DNA of 59,043 nucleotides, counting the filler. It is 8 parts of 8 records of this genome, joined end to end, with 100 filler letters (N's around TTAATTAATTAA, not from the genome) between each part and the next. Parts side by side here need not be neighbours in the genome. Positions count along the whole stretch, not along the records: positions 16,624 to 22,917 come from SRR31147125_94844; positions 23,018 to 31,696 come from SRR31147125_94949; 6 more parts are not named here. One strand, given 5' to 3'. A model generated the notes under the pieces. It saw only the letters and a program-made list of their open reading frames with translations, searched no databases and was not told the DNA's origin. Positions 20,671 to 31,796 of this stretch are shown piece after piece (within the stretch, counting starts at the first letter, position 1; the number at the start of each line of letters is the position of its first letter). A program made the translations under genes and the position numbers.

Positions 20671-22198
20671 TTATCCCTGCGGACCGCCATACTGCTTCTT
20701 GGCCTCGACCCGATCCACCGAGCCATCTTTCAGCTGTGGCAGTTCTTCTACGAATTGCACATACTGCGGCTTCTTATATCGCGCGATGCGCCCGCCCACG
20801 AATTCGATCAGCGCCCTGGCCTCCAGACGCTCCCCCGATTTCAACCGGCACACCGCTTTGATTCCCTCTGTCCATTTGGGATCGGGCACACCAAACACCA
20901 CCACGGCCTCGACAGCCGGATGCTCAAGGATCACCTTCTCCACCTCCGCCGGGTAGACATTCTCCCCACCCGGTTTGATCAACTCCTTCTCCGCCTTGCG
21001 GGCCACATACCACAAGTAGCCATCCTCATCGAAACGGCCCATGTCCCCGGTGTGATGCCAGTCATTGCGGAACGTATAAGCGTTCTCCTCATCCAGACCC
21101 CAGTAACCCTTGAAAACCATGGGGCCGCGCACGGCAATCTCTCCTGCCTGGCCCGTGGGCACCGGTCGGTCGTGGTCATCCATCAACTGAATTTCTACCA
21201 ACGGCATCGGACGGCCCGCCGAACCGGGTCGCTCGCTGTACGGACTCATGGTCACCACCATGGAAGTTTCGGTCTGCCCGAAGAGGCTGTAAAACGAGCC
21301 GCCGGTCATCGTCTGGTATCGCTCGATCACCTCAGGCGTATCGATCCCCAGTACAGACCGCAACGAATCGATCTTCGCGCCGCTCTCTTCCACATGGGCC
21401 AGAAGTGTTTGCATCATCGGTGCAAAGGCGAACAGCACACTCGCCTTGTGCTCGACAATCAACCTGGCAGCCTGCACCGCATCGAATTTGCGCATGTTGA
21501 CATTGAGCATGCCGGCATGAAAACAGCAAAAAGCCATGCCGAGTCCTGCGATGTGAAACATGGGCAGCGGATTGAGATGCACATCGGAACTGGTCAGATT
21601 CACCTGTTGCATCAACTGGGCATTGGCGCAAAGCAGATTGCGGTGGCTCAGCAACGCCCCACGCGGCTTGCCGGCCACGGCCGCCGTGTGGATGATCACC
21701 AAGCCGTCATCGGAGGTCACCTCGTTCGATGGAAGACCGTTCTCGGGCATGGGGGCATCGACCAGATCCGTAAAAGGGCCGTTCTGGGCCTGCAGGTTGA
21801 AGCACTTGACACCAATGCCGAGCTTGGTCTGCACCTCATTCATCGCTTCGGAATTCTCACCGTCGGCGAACAGATAGCCCACCTGGGTATCGTTGAGGTT
21901 GTAAACCATCTCGTCGACAGAAAGACGCCAGTTGATCGGCACTACGATTCCGCCCAATGCCGCTGCCGCACCATACAAGACCAGGTAGGAGAGGCAGTTC
22001 TTACCGATGACGCCTACGCGCTCACCTTTGCGAAATCCTACGGCCAGCATCCCGGAGGCCATTCGATCCACCGCGCTCCGGTACGCCGCAAACGTCATGA
22101 CACGGTTCTCTTCAGCCTCCAACCATGCGGCCCTTTTCCGGAAAAAGTCGGGCATTGCGACAAATGATATCGTATAAGGTCAAATCATATAGACTCAT
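20671..22198 (-). CDS. Acyl-CoA synthetase / AMP-binding enzyme (frameshift near 22135)
   Basis: FGQTET, WHHTGDMG, GGENVYPAEVE; true N-terminus MSLYDLTLYDIICRNARLFPE after GGAGG lies in another frame. Confidence 0.88.
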
Positions 22199-22492
22199 GT
22201 GCTCCTCCTGTGCAGATTTTAAAAGAGAGGATCATCTAATGCGCCAATATCAGCGCAAGGGGCCGGCGTATCGGGGCGGGTAGATTGCTGCGCCATGCCC
22301 TGGAAGTATCGACTCACCGGGAACCGCTGCCCTGGCAGGCCATAATTATCTTTACAGACGCATGCGGATGTGTCTGGTAAAAATCAAGAAGAGATAAACG
22401 ACAAGCGACGCCTGCCGCTTTTATGAGCTGGATCTAATTATATTTCGCGCAGCTCGCTACACCTTTTGACAGCTTACGGAGCCGCCGGCCCG

Positions 22493-22888
22493 CTATTTGG
22501 TTGTGGTCACCGGGCATGGCCCTCTCAAGATAATATACTGCGCCGTCGACCCAAGCAGAAGCTTGCGCGTCCGTGATTTCTTCTCTATGCCGAGAAAGAT
22601 ATGATCTACGGCGTTGTCTTCGGCAAACTTGACCAGATCTTCTCCAGGGGTCAATCCACGGGCCAGCTGAAGCGTCTCGCAGGCAATTTTCGATTGGATC
22701 AGATAATCCTTGGCACCCTGCAGTTTATCTTCCACCTCCTGGATATCCTCCATGCTCTCACTGCTGCCGCCCTCCATGGAGGTCACCACATACACCAGAG
22801 CATCCGATTTCGCTCTCGCCTTTTCGCACGCCAGTTCCAAAGCCCGCTGCGAAGGCGGGGTACCATTGTAAGCCACCAATATCTTCAT
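22493..22888 (-). CDS. Universal stress protein (UspA family)
   Basis: MKILVAY, LLLGSTAQYIILRGPCPV. Confidence 0.9.
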   Translation of the reverse strand: MKILVAYNGTPPSQRALELACEKARAKSDALVYVVTSMEGGSSESMEDIQEVEDKLQGAKDYLIQSKIACETLQLARGLTPGEDLVKFAEDNAVDHIFLGIEKKSRTRKLLLGSTAQYIILRGPCPVTTTK

Positions 22889-23017
22889 ACCGTACTCCTT
22901 GGCCCCGCCCCGCGGCGNNNNNNNNNNNNNNNNNNNNNNNNNNNNNNNNNNNNNNNNNNNNTTAATTAATTAANNNNNNNNNNNNNNNNNNNNNNNNNNN
23001 NNNNNNNNNNNNNNNNN

Positions 23018-23269
23018 AAAAAATTAAATATTCCAAAGGACATTTCTCTTATTGGATTTACAGATAATTTATTAGCTCCTTTTATGATAAGTCCATTGAC
23101 AACAGTAACACACCCATTGGATGAAATGGGTCGTCAAGCATTTCAATTATTGTTACAGTCTATCAGCACAAAAGGAAATTATCCCTTTAAAACCATAATG
23201 GTTGAATCAATTTTTAATATTAGAGAATCAACATCCAATCAAAAAGAATCAATATCTATAATTAACTAG
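23018..23269 (+). CDS. LacI-family regulator, C-terminal fragment
   Basis: Open frame from the contig edge: IPKDISLIGFTD...ISPLTTVTHPLDEMGRQA...IRESTS. Confidence 0.8.
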   Translation, partial: KKLNIPKDISLIGFTDNLLAPFMISPLTTVTHPLDEMGRQAFQLLLQSISTKGNYPFKTIMVESIFNIRESTSNQKESISIIN

Positions 23270-23354
23270 ATGATAAAACAAATAATCAATTAGCCCTACC
23301 ATCCAAACGAGTAAAAATTTAAATCATTTATTTTATAAAAAATGGAGTTTTGTA

Positions 23355-26270
23355 GTGAGAATACTCAAAAGAATTCCTCACTTTCTGCTATTTACATTGA
23401 TAGTGCAATTATTACTATCAACCAGTGTATATGCAGGAGTGATAGGAAAAATTTCTGGAGTCGTTAAAGACGGTGAGACTGGAGATCCTTTACCTGGCGC
23501 TAACATCATTGTCGACGGTACAAATAGAGGAGCTGCGGCTGATGCAGATGGCAGATATTTAATCCTGAATATGCAACCAGGAAATTATACACTGCGTGTT
23601 CAAATGATTGGATATCAGGCTCTAAGAGTCACAGACGTCAAAGTTTACTCTGACAGAATCACAAAAGTAGATTGCGAACTCTCGTTAACGGTTCTGGAAG
23701 GGCAAGAAGTAACGGTTGTTGCCGGTCGAGAACCAGTCGAGTTCGATCGTACAAATACGGCCTCCTATGTAAGACAGGAAGAAATCGATGCTTTGCCTGT
23801 CACGACTGTAGCGGATATCGTACAATTACAAGCAGGCGTTGTAACAGACGCCAGCGGTGGGCTCCACTTTAGAGGCGGACGTACACGGGAAGTGGCTTAC
23901 ATGATCGATGGTATTCCTGTTACAAATACGTTTAGTCAAAGTGGAGGATCAAACGTCGCAGTTGAAACAAACTTTATTAAAGAACTTCAGGTAATAACAG
24001 GTACATTTAATGCAGAATATGGATCCGCCCAGTCAGGTGTAATTAATATGGTTACCAAAGTACCGGAAGATAAATTTAAAGGTACTCTGGAATTTTTGAC
24101 AGGTGGTTATTACTCCCCTAACTCGCCTCAGTATATTGGCTTGGACTCTTTTGATTCCATGTGGAATGATGAGCAGGAAGTCAAGTTCTCCCTTTCAGTA
24201 CCCTTTAAATTCCTCCAGGAAAAATATGGCAAGTTGGGCTTTCTCGTAAATGGCCGCCTACAAAATTCTGATGGCTGGCTCAATGGCGAAAACCGTTATA
24301 ACCCGGAAGATGGATGGGAAATCGAAGTTTATCGTGAATGGTATAACGCAACATATGATCCTGAAGATCCGCTCGTTATTCCTTTACCTGATTCTCTGCA
24401 TACAGGAGACGGTTCCATCATGCCTATGGAATGGGAAGATAAGTATAATATTAATACGAAATTAGTTTATCAGCCTATTCCGGCTATTACTGCTTCATAT
24501 AGCATATTCTACAATAATGGTAATGGCAGGACATTTTCAAATAGCTGGAAATTTTGCCCGGAAGGACGACCGTCCTACTATGATGAGAATATTTCTCACA
24601 TGTTCGTGTGGACACATTCTCCTTTTGAAAATCTGTTTTATAATCTTCGATATTCTCATCAAATAACCCATGAGAAAAATTACACCTATGAGGATCCTAA
24701 CGATCCCCGGTATCAAATTACTGCTGTCAATGCCTGGGACCCGGGCGCCAATACCGGATATGACATGGGTGGTACATCAAGCTGGAATCGTAGATGGTTT
24801 GATCAAAAAGTCAACCTATTCAGTGGTGATGTAACCTGGCAAATCAATAAACTTATCGAGATCAAAACAGGTTTTGAAGCACGGCATACCGATCTTCACT
24901 ATAAAAATTCCCCCATGCGCGAGGAATTGGGTTATGAAATTCTTCAATTCCCATATACCCGTACCGAGATTAGAGGACTGGAATTGCCATATGATTTTTT
25001 TAAAGAGGAAATGGAAAATTACCAGTATGGTAATATAAGACTACGTGAAACACACCCTGACAGTACTGCTGATGATCTCTATTATGTCAACTATAATAGA
25101 AAACCAATTGAAGCAGCAGGCTATATGCAAACCCGGTTGGCCATGGGCGAGATCATTATGAATGCCGGATTACGAATGGAGTATTTTTGGCCAAAAGATC
25201 GTTATTGCCCGGACTATACTATTGTTTATCCGGAATTTGTCGGCGCTGATGAATATTATGAGCGTGCCGAGAATAAATTACATATCAGTCCCCGTTTTGG
25301 ACTTTCTTTCCCGATCTCGGAAAAAGGTGCTTTGAGACTTTCTTATGGTCACTTTTACCAGAATCCCAGTTATGAAAAAATGTATGAAAATCCTGTTCTC
25401 AGGCATTATAATCAGTTTAGTATTGTTAATACAACCATTGGAAACCCAAATCTCAAAGCAGAAAAAACCATCCAGTATGAAGTCGGCTTGCAACAGGAAC
25501 TTCAGGACGGCTTTTCAACGGAATTGTCTGTTTATTATAAAGATATTCGTGATCTGTTGGGCGTGGAAATACTCACTCTTTCAAATGCAACCACTTTTAG
25601 TAGATATATTAATAAAGAGTATGGCAACTCGTCGGGAATCACCCTGTCTATGAATTATAGAAGTCCGGATGGTAAACTAACCACGAATATTGATTATACT
25701 TATATGATCTCCAAGGGTACATCTTCAGATCCTTCAGTCGCACAGCAAGTAGCCATTTTATCCGGACCCGGAGCAGGCGCTTATACGTTAGCTGAAAAAA
25801 GAATTGATTATTTAAATTGGGACCAAACGCATTCTCTTAATGGATCTGTTAGCTTACGTCCATTACCCGATTGGTATGTAAGTATCATCGGCCAGCTTGG
25901 ATCCGGATTACCCTATTCTCCAGCTACTTTGGATCAGTCCATCGAGATACCCGGTGGTTGGTGGGATAATGCCGGTCGAAAACCTTTCTCATGGAATGTC
26001 GATTTAAAAATCGCAAAAACATTAAAAATCATAGGATTGGACTGCAGTGCCTTCTTTAATATTTACAACGTCTTTAATCATCTGAACGAAGAAAGAGTGC
26101 ATGCTTATACAGGCCATGCTGGTCCCAATGCCTACCTGCCTGAGAGCGGTAGGCTACGATATTCCCGTATTGACCAATTGGGTGAATTCACTCATGACGA
26201 GGCAGATTATGACCCGGAAATGTATTCTCGACCTCTCTTAATCCAAATTGGGCTTAATTTCGGATTCTAA
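23355..26270 (+). CDS. TonB-dependent receptor with N-terminal carboxypeptidase-regulatory-like domain
   Basis: Signal peptide, GKISGVVKD.ETGDPLPGANI, plug (HFRGGR, IDGIP, FNAEYG.AQSGVIN), GNPNLKAEKT, terminal Phe. Confidence 0.92.
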   Translation: MRILKRIPHFLLFTLIVQLLLSTSVYAGVIGKISGVVKDGETGDPLPGANIIVDGTNRGAAADADGRYLILNMQPGNYTLRVQMIGYQALRVTDVKVYSDRITKVDCELSLTVLEGQEVTVVAGREPVEFDRTNTASYVRQEEIDALPVTTVADIVQLQAGVVTDASGGLHFRGGRTREVAYMIDGIPVTNTFSQSGGSNVAVETNFIKELQVITGTFNAEYGSAQSGVINMVTKVPEDKFKGTLEFLTGGYYSPNSPQYIGLDSFDSMWNDEQEVKFSLSVPFKFLQEKYGKLGFLVNGRLQNSDGWLNGENRYNPEDGWEIEVYREWYNATYDPEDPLVIPLPDSLHTGDGSIMPMEWEDKYNINTKLVYQPIPAITASYSIFYNNGNGRTFSNSWKFCPEGRPSYYDENISHMFVWTHSPFENLFYNLRYSHQITHEKNYTYEDPNDPRYQITAVNAWDPGANTGYDMGGTSSWNRRWFDQKVNLFSGDVTWQINKLIEIKTGFEARHTDLHYKNSPMREELGYEILQFPYTRTEIRGLELPYDFFKEEMENYQYGNIRLRETHPDSTADDLYYVNYNRKPIEAAGYMQTRLAMGEIIMNAGLRMEYFWPKDRYCPDYTIVYPEFVGADEYYERAENKLHISPRFGLSFPISEKGALRLSYGHFYQNPSYEKMYENPVLRHYNQFSIVNTTIGNPNLKAEKTIQYEVGLQQELQDGFSTELSVYYKDIRDLLGVEILTLSNATTFSRYINKEYGNSSGITLSMNYRSPDGKLTTNIDYTYMISKGTSSDPSVAQQVAILSGPGAGAYTLAEKRIDYLNWDQTHSLNGSVSLRPLPDWYVSIIGQLGSGLPYSPATLDQSIEIPGGWWDNAGRKPFSWNVDLKIAKTLKIIGLDCSAFFNIYNVFNHLNEERVHAYTGHAGPNAYLPESGRLRYSRIDQLGEFTHDEADYDPEMYSRPLLIQIGLNFGF

Positions 26271-26287
26271 AAATAGGTGCAAAAAAA

Positions 26288-27373
26288 ATGATTTGGAAAA
26301 TAACATTTAAAAAATTGTTTCTGATCTTATCCATACAACTTTTACTTTTCGGCTCGACACAATTATTCGCCCAGGTCAATCCTGACGATTTGGCTTATGA
26401 TACAGATGTAAGCCGAAAAGGAACTGCAGCCGGCTCCATGCTGGAAATAGGTGTTGGAGCACGGGCTGAAGCACTGGGTGGTGCATTTGTTGCCATCGCC
26501 GACGATCCTTCCGCACTCTACTGGAACCCGGCTGGTATCGCGAACATGAAATCCATCTCTCTTCAAGCTACAAAAACAGAATGGTTCGTAGGTACTTCTT
26601 TTAATGTTCTTGATCTTGTTATTCCATTTCGATCTATGAGTTCCTCATTAGGATTTCATTTATCCATGTTAGACTATGGCGAAAACCCGGTCAGAACGGT
26701 CTCCCGGCCCGAAGGCACCGGAGAAGTCTATGATGCCTTCGATATGGCCATTGGTTTGTATTGGTCTATGGCTATTACCGACAGAGTTGCAGTAGGATTA
26801 GGTGCAAAATACTTTCAGCAGTCGATTTGGCATGTTAAAGGTTCAACCATGGCAGCAGATTTATCTATTCTTTTTCAGACACCTGTTAAAGGTCTGCGCC
26901 TGGGTGGTGCCATCAGCAATTTGGGTCCCGAGTTTGCCTTGACCGGTCGTGATCTAACACGAATCGCGGATATCGATGGTCGTAAGGATATCTATTTTGA
27001 TAATGATAATATCGCCATTGAACTGGCAACCGAAAAATATCCACTACCGTTGTTATTTCGATTTGGTGTCTCATATGAATGGGAACTTGATTCCAGGAAT
27101 TCTCTTCTGATCGCCAGTAATGTAAATCATCCAAGCAATGATGTCGAATCTGCTGATTTTGGTTTAGAGGCAAAAGTACTTAATATGTTTTATTTACGTA
27201 CTGGTTATCAATCATTATTTGCCGAAAATTCAGAGGCAGGCTTGACAGCAGGCGCTGGAATGAAATACAAAATTCTTGGTGCTGCTGTAATAACCATTGA
27301 TTATGCCTGGTCAGATTGGTCGGCTCTTGCATCGACAAATCGATTTACAGTTGGGATTAGTTCATATTATTAA
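26288..27373 (+). CDS. PorV/PorQ-family (FadL-like) outer-membrane beta-barrel
   Basis: LEIGVGARAEALGGAFVAIADDPSALYWNPAG, LPLLFRFG, LRTGY, IDYAW. Confidence 0.8.
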   Translation: MIWKITFKKLFLILSIQLLLFGSTQLFAQVNPDDLAYDTDVSRKGTAAGSMLEIGVGARAEALGGAFVAIADDPSALYWNPAGIANMKSISLQATKTEWFVGTSFNVLDLVIPFRSMSSSLGFHLSMLDYGENPVRTVSRPEGTGEVYDAFDMAIGLYWSMAITDRVAVGLGAKYFQQSIWHVKGSTMAADLSILFQTPVKGLRLGGAISNLGPEFALTGRDLTRIADIDGRKDIYFDNDNIAIELATEKYPLPLLFRFGVSYEWELDSRNSLLIASNVNHPSNDVESADFGLEAKVLNMFYLRTGYQSLFAENSEAGLTAGAGMKYKILGAAVITIDYAWSDWSALASTNRFTVGISSYY

Positions 27374-27439
27374 GATTATCTTGTAAATATCGGATTTGAT
27401 ACAGTATCATGATTTTGTCTTAAAAACAGGAGAACTTTA

Positions 27440-30400
27440 GTGTTATTATCTAAAAGTCTAAAAATAAAAGCAAAAAATGTTACAAGAATTCTACTCATTC
27501 TTGTATTCATTTTAATGTCCGCAAAAACATCTTTTGCTCAACTTGCAGGGGCTCAGTTCGATACCCATCCTATGCACTGGGCACGATTTTGGGCCAGAGG
27601 ATTGTTTGACAGAAATTTAATTTACTGCCCGATTTGGAATGTTGGTAATTTAACGGATTCCGGCCTGTCTCCAAGTCGATCCTTACAGTGGCCTGGTAGC
27701 CAGGGATTGGGATACGGTAGTAATTTTATATTTTACATTGGCACTCTCGTCACAGATATGTCCGCCTATGAAGGCAAAGTTATCCCTGAAACCTGGGATG
27801 GAGGTGATATTCCGATTATCAGTGATACCTATCTTCCTCATGTGAGTACTACAACAGTCGCATCGCTTTCATCTGACAAAACCCACCAACAGGTGTGGGC
27901 CCCTATTCCCGGTTATTTTAACGATGGCGCCTATGGTTATATTTGGGGAATAAATGAAGATACTAATAATGACGGTGATTTAGCACCTGAAGAAGATATC
28001 AATTTTAATGGTCTACTGGATTATAACCTCGAACCGCCACCAAGTATTTTAAAGAGTCTGGCTATTAGCACAGATAAAAGAACATGGCCGGAATTCTGGC
28101 CAGGTGGTTCCTATATCGGTGATGATCGACCAAATGCTGGAAGACCTCCCCGCACGATTACACCAGGTTTGAGAGAAGGCCGTTGGAACGGTGAATATAA
28201 ATCCGCACCTATCGCTGATCAGGAAACATTATTCCGAATGGATGATCATGAAAATGATCGATGGAATGATTTTCATGTTGAGAAATACTGGCCAATGAAG
28301 AATCCGGATGGCACTCCCGATACAACCCCGTGGGGTGATGGCGGTATTGCCGGAGCAGGTATCGAAGTTGAAAGCCGAACGTATGCCTGGTTCCATCCCC
28401 TGGCAGAGGATCTTCTTGTTTCCGTTTACCGTGTTCGCAACTATAGCGATTATGTTTTAAACAGAGTCGTTACAGGTATGTGGGCGGATGCAAACATTGT
28501 CAACGGCAATTATAATGCGGCACATTATATTGTAGCAGAATATGGTGGCGGTGACAGAACCAGTTTTGATATCCTGTATCAGTGGAATAAATATCCTGAG
28601 CAATTATCCACATATAAAAAAGTAGGCTATTTTGGCTTTGCCTTTCTCGAAAGCCCTGGAATCGCTTACAATGGAGTCGATGATGATGCGGATTACCTTA
28701 TCGACGAAGCCATGGACGATGGCATAGATAACGATGGTGACTGGCGTGGATTTAAAGATTCTGGTTTGGATAAACTTGTTCCCGGAGATCTGGGATATAA
28801 GGGACCTGATCTTGACGGCACTGAAGGTAACGGTGTCTGGGACACCGAAGATGTCAATTTAAATGGTGCTCTCGACACAGGTGAAGACCTGAATAAAAAC
28901 GATAAACTGGATATGGAACCCATTAACGACGATAGAGGCACAGATGGTATCGGACCTGATGAAAACAGCTGGCCAGGCCCGGATCCGGATGGCTCTGAGT
29001 CGAATGGACAAATGAATCTTGGTGAACCGAACTTTGATGTTACCGACATTGATGAAGCAGATCAGGCCGGTCTGAAACACGTTTATGTTTACGAAGGTGA
29101 TAAAGGTTTAATGGATGATCGTGGCTTTTGGTATAAGTATCTTGATATGGATGATGTCGATGTCGAAGATACCGATGAAAATATTGTTTTTACATTTGGA
29201 GCCCGTGCGGTCAAATTGGACACAATGGAATGGAAACGATTTACCATTGCTTTGATCATGGGTGGAGATGAAGATGATATTGTTCGTAATAAATCAACCA
29301 TGCAAAATATTTACGACAATAATTATCGCTTTTTAACACCGCCGCTACAACCAACAGTTGTTTCAAATGTAGTAGATGGTAAAGTCATAGTTTACTGGGA
29401 TACAGATGCAGAGAATTCAAAAGATCCTTTCTTTGGAGAGGATTTTAACGGCTATCGGGTTTATAAAAGCACAGATCCAAAGTTTTTGGATATTAAAACC
29501 ATATCCGATGCTTTTGGTAATGTACTGATATTCAGACCTGAAGAAATCTTTGACAAAGCTGATGGTTTAACAGGTGCCCACCCCATTCCGTTCCCAAATG
29601 TTGGCGCACACTATGATATGGGTAATGATACGGGGTTGAGGCATTCCTATCAGGATACACTCGTTGACAATGGTCGTACCTATTATTATGCCGTTACCTC
29701 CATTGATGCGGGTAATGACTGGGATTTTTATGAGCGTGGTCTTGTCTCTGAAGATTATCCCTTGACAGCTATGCCTAGTGAGTCCGCATTTAATATTACA
29801 GTTAACATGTTGGGTGAAGTTGTTTATAGAGATAGAAACACAGCTGTGTGTATTCCGGTTGAATCAGCGGCCGGTTTTACAGAGCCACTTGTTGATTCCC
29901 TTAAAATAGATCATGTGAGTGGATTCGCTCAGGGTGGAGAATGGAATATTGACGTCTTTAACAAACATCACGTTAATCTGGGCCATGAATATGAGATATC
30001 TTTCACAGATGATGGCTGGCTGGATGAATTAACACCCTTGTATCAATGGGGCAGCACCACAGGCATCACTTGTATGAACAAGACAACCGGAGATACCATG
30101 TTCTATTTTCATTATCCTAATTCCTGGGATTTCAGGCAAAGCGCATATGCCGAGATGGAACGCCGGATATTCGAAGGACTTCATTACGATTTCAGCTGGC
30201 CGATAGATTCAAAAGAAGATGACAAGGGTGTAAACATTGTCAAAACAGACGAAAACGGCAGAAAAAACAATGAATGGAAAAAGTGGAGAACGGAGACAAA
30301 AAGCAATATCCGGGTTGAAAACATTGAACTTCCCGGTTATGCTTTCCCACTTCCTTTTGATTTCGAAATCAGGGTTGAGGACCATATTGGCGTTGATACA

Positions 30401-31099
30401 TCCGTTGCTATTCCACCCCTGGTTCAATCTTTTCCATTAAATTTTACAACATGGAACGTGTCTGATCCCAATAATCCGGAACAGGTTAAAGTCATTATTC
30501 GCTATGATAAAAATAAAAACAATGGAGACATTCCCGACGAAATGTATGGTCAGATTTGGGATAGTACACGAGTCATTATTACCTTTCCAAACCACAAAGC
30601 AAATGTGGTGAGATCATCCTGGGCTTTGAATTTCTTTAAAAACAAATTTGATTCTTTAAAGCCTGTTATTGCACCGGAGCCTGGCGATGTTTACCTATTT
30701 AAAACAGAGAGAAATCCATCCCGGCATGATACATTACGTTACATTGTGGAAGGTGGCACTTGGGAAAAGGAAGACGCCAAAAAGGATATGCGAAACATTT
30801 ATGTTGTGCCAGATCCCTATGTGGCAGGTAATACGCTGGAAGCCATTTATGAAATTGCAGGTAATTCACAAAGACGAGTGGATTTTTGCAACCTGCCACC
30901 TCAATGTACGATTAAAATATTTACCGTCAGTGGAAAACTTGTTCGGACATTGGAACACAATAATTTGGAAGATTTTGGCCGCCATTCCTGGGATTTAACC
31001 AGTGAAGATGGACCAGAAGTGGCCTTTGGTATTTATTTCTATGTTGTTGAGGCTCAGGACATTGATACGTTCAGAGGAAAATTTGCCATTATTAAGTAA
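27440..31099 (+). CDS. Large exported acidic protein with Ca-binding-like repeats, FN3-like module and T9SS type A/FlgD-Ig-like C-terminal domain
   Basis: Signal peptide; DxNxDG-type repeats; FNGYRVYKS...TYYYAVTSID; C-terminus IYVVPDPY...IKIFTVSGKLVRTL...WDL...GIYFY...KFAIIK. Confidence 0.8.
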   Translation: MLLSKSLKIKAKNVTRILLILVFILMSAKTSFAQLAGAQFDTHPMHWARFWARGLFDRNLIYCPIWNVGNLTDSGLSPSRSLQWPGSQGLGYGSNFIFYIGTLVTDMSAYEGKVIPETWDGGDIPIISDTYLPHVSTTTVASLSSDKTHQQVWAPIPGYFNDGAYGYIWGINEDTNNDGDLAPEEDINFNGLLDYNLEPPPSILKSLAISTDKRTWPEFWPGGSYIGDDRPNAGRPPRTITPGLREGRWNGEYKSAPIADQETLFRMDDHENDRWNDFHVEKYWPMKNPDGTPDTTPWGDGGIAGAGIEVESRTYAWFHPLAEDLLVSVYRVRNYSDYVLNRVVTGMWADANIVNGNYNAAHYIVAEYGGGDRTSFDILYQWNKYPEQLSTYKKVGYFGFAFLESPGIAYNGVDDDADYLIDEAMDDGIDNDGDWRGFKDSGLDKLVPGDLGYKGPDLDGTEGNGVWDTEDVNLNGALDTGEDLNKNDKLDMEPINDDRGTDGIGPDENSWPGPDPDGSESNGQMNLGEPNFDVTDIDEADQAGLKHVYVYEGDKGLMDDRGFWYKYLDMDDVDVEDTDENIVFTFGARAVKLDTMEWKRFTIALIMGGDEDDIVRNKSTMQNIYDNNYRFLTPPLQPTVVSNVVDGKVIVYWDTDAENSKDPFFGEDFNGYRVYKSTDPKFLDIKTISDAFGNVLIFRPEEIFDKADGLTGAHPIPFPNVGAHYDMGNDTGLRHSYQDTLVDNGRTYYYAVTSIDAGNDWDFYERGLVSEDYPLTAMPSESAFNITVNMLGEVVYRDRNTAVCIPVESAAGFTEPLVDSLKIDHVSGFAQGGEWNIDVFNKHHVNLGHEYEISFTDDGWLDELTPLYQWGSTTGITCMNKTTGDTMFYFHYPNSWDFRQSAYAEMERRIFEGLHYDFSWPIDSKEDDKGVNIVKTDENGRKNNEWKKWRTETKSNIRVENIELPGYAFPLPFDFEIRVEDHIGVDTSVAIPPLVQSFPLNFTTWNVSDPNNPEQVKVIIRYDKNKNNGDIPDEMYGQIWDSTRVIITFPNHKANVVRSSWALNFFKNKFDSLKPVIAPEPGDVYLFKTERNPSRHDTLRYIVEGGTWEKEDAKKDMRNIYVVPDPYVAGNTLEAIYEIAGNSQRRVDFCNLPPQCTIKIFTVSGKLVRTLEHNNLEDFGRHSWDLTSEDGPEVAFGIYFYVVEAQDIDTFRGKFAIIK

Positions 31100-31106
31100 T
31101 TGATAA

Positions 31107-31136
31107 AATGATCCCGAAAAGTTTTTCGGGATCATT
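31107..31136. terminator. 14-bp inverted repeat after the large exported-protein gene
   Basis: AATGATCCCGAAAA-GT-TTTTCGGGATCATT. Confidence 0.7.
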
Positions 31137-31174
31137 ATGAATTTCGTATGCAATTGTTGGAGTTGTAAATATCC

Positions 31175-31696
31175 GTGAATAGATATATTAAATATATAAT
31201 ACCCGTCTGTTTTTTTATGTTTCTTTTTCTTTTCGCTTGCTCAAAAAAGTCAAAACAGACATTTAGAAAAGAAGAAATCGTTGCTCAGGTTGGCGATCTT
31301 GTTATTACTGCGGATGATTTCAAAAAAAGTTACGAGTTTAGCTTTGCCCCATTAAGAATGGGAGGTAAACCAAGACGCGTCTATCTGAATCATCTTATTA
31401 ATGAAACTCTTATTGCCAACGAAGGATATCGTCTCGGTTATAACAAGAACCCATATGTCACAAAACGCCTGTTTCGAAGGCGTTATGATAATTTATTGGA
31501 AAGCTTTTATACAAAACATGTGCATGGCAAGGTCAATATCTCTGAGGAGAAAATCAAAGATGCTGCCAGTAAATCAACTGTCACGTGGCGCATGATCATT
31601 TGGCCAACGCAATCTTTGGAAGAAGCTGAAGAGGCTTACAAGATAGCACGGCAAACAAGTCTCGAAGATTATATAGAAAACAAAATAAAGCAAAAA
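31175..31696 (+). CDS. Lipoprotein, SurA/PrsA-like foldase N-terminal region (3' truncated)
   Basis: Lipobox LFAC; IVAQVGD..IT.DDF, LINETLIANEG, ISEEKIK. Confidence 0.6.
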
Positions 31697-31796
31697 NNNN
31701 NNNNNNNNNNNNNNNNNNNNNNNNNNNNNNNNNNNNNNNNTTAATTAATTAANNNNNNNNNNNNNNNNNNNNNNNNNNNNNNNNNNNNNNNNNNNN

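Noticed and set aside
20755-22167. 470-aa plus-strand ORF
   Set aside because: Antisense shadow of the acyl-CoA ligase in GC-rich DNA
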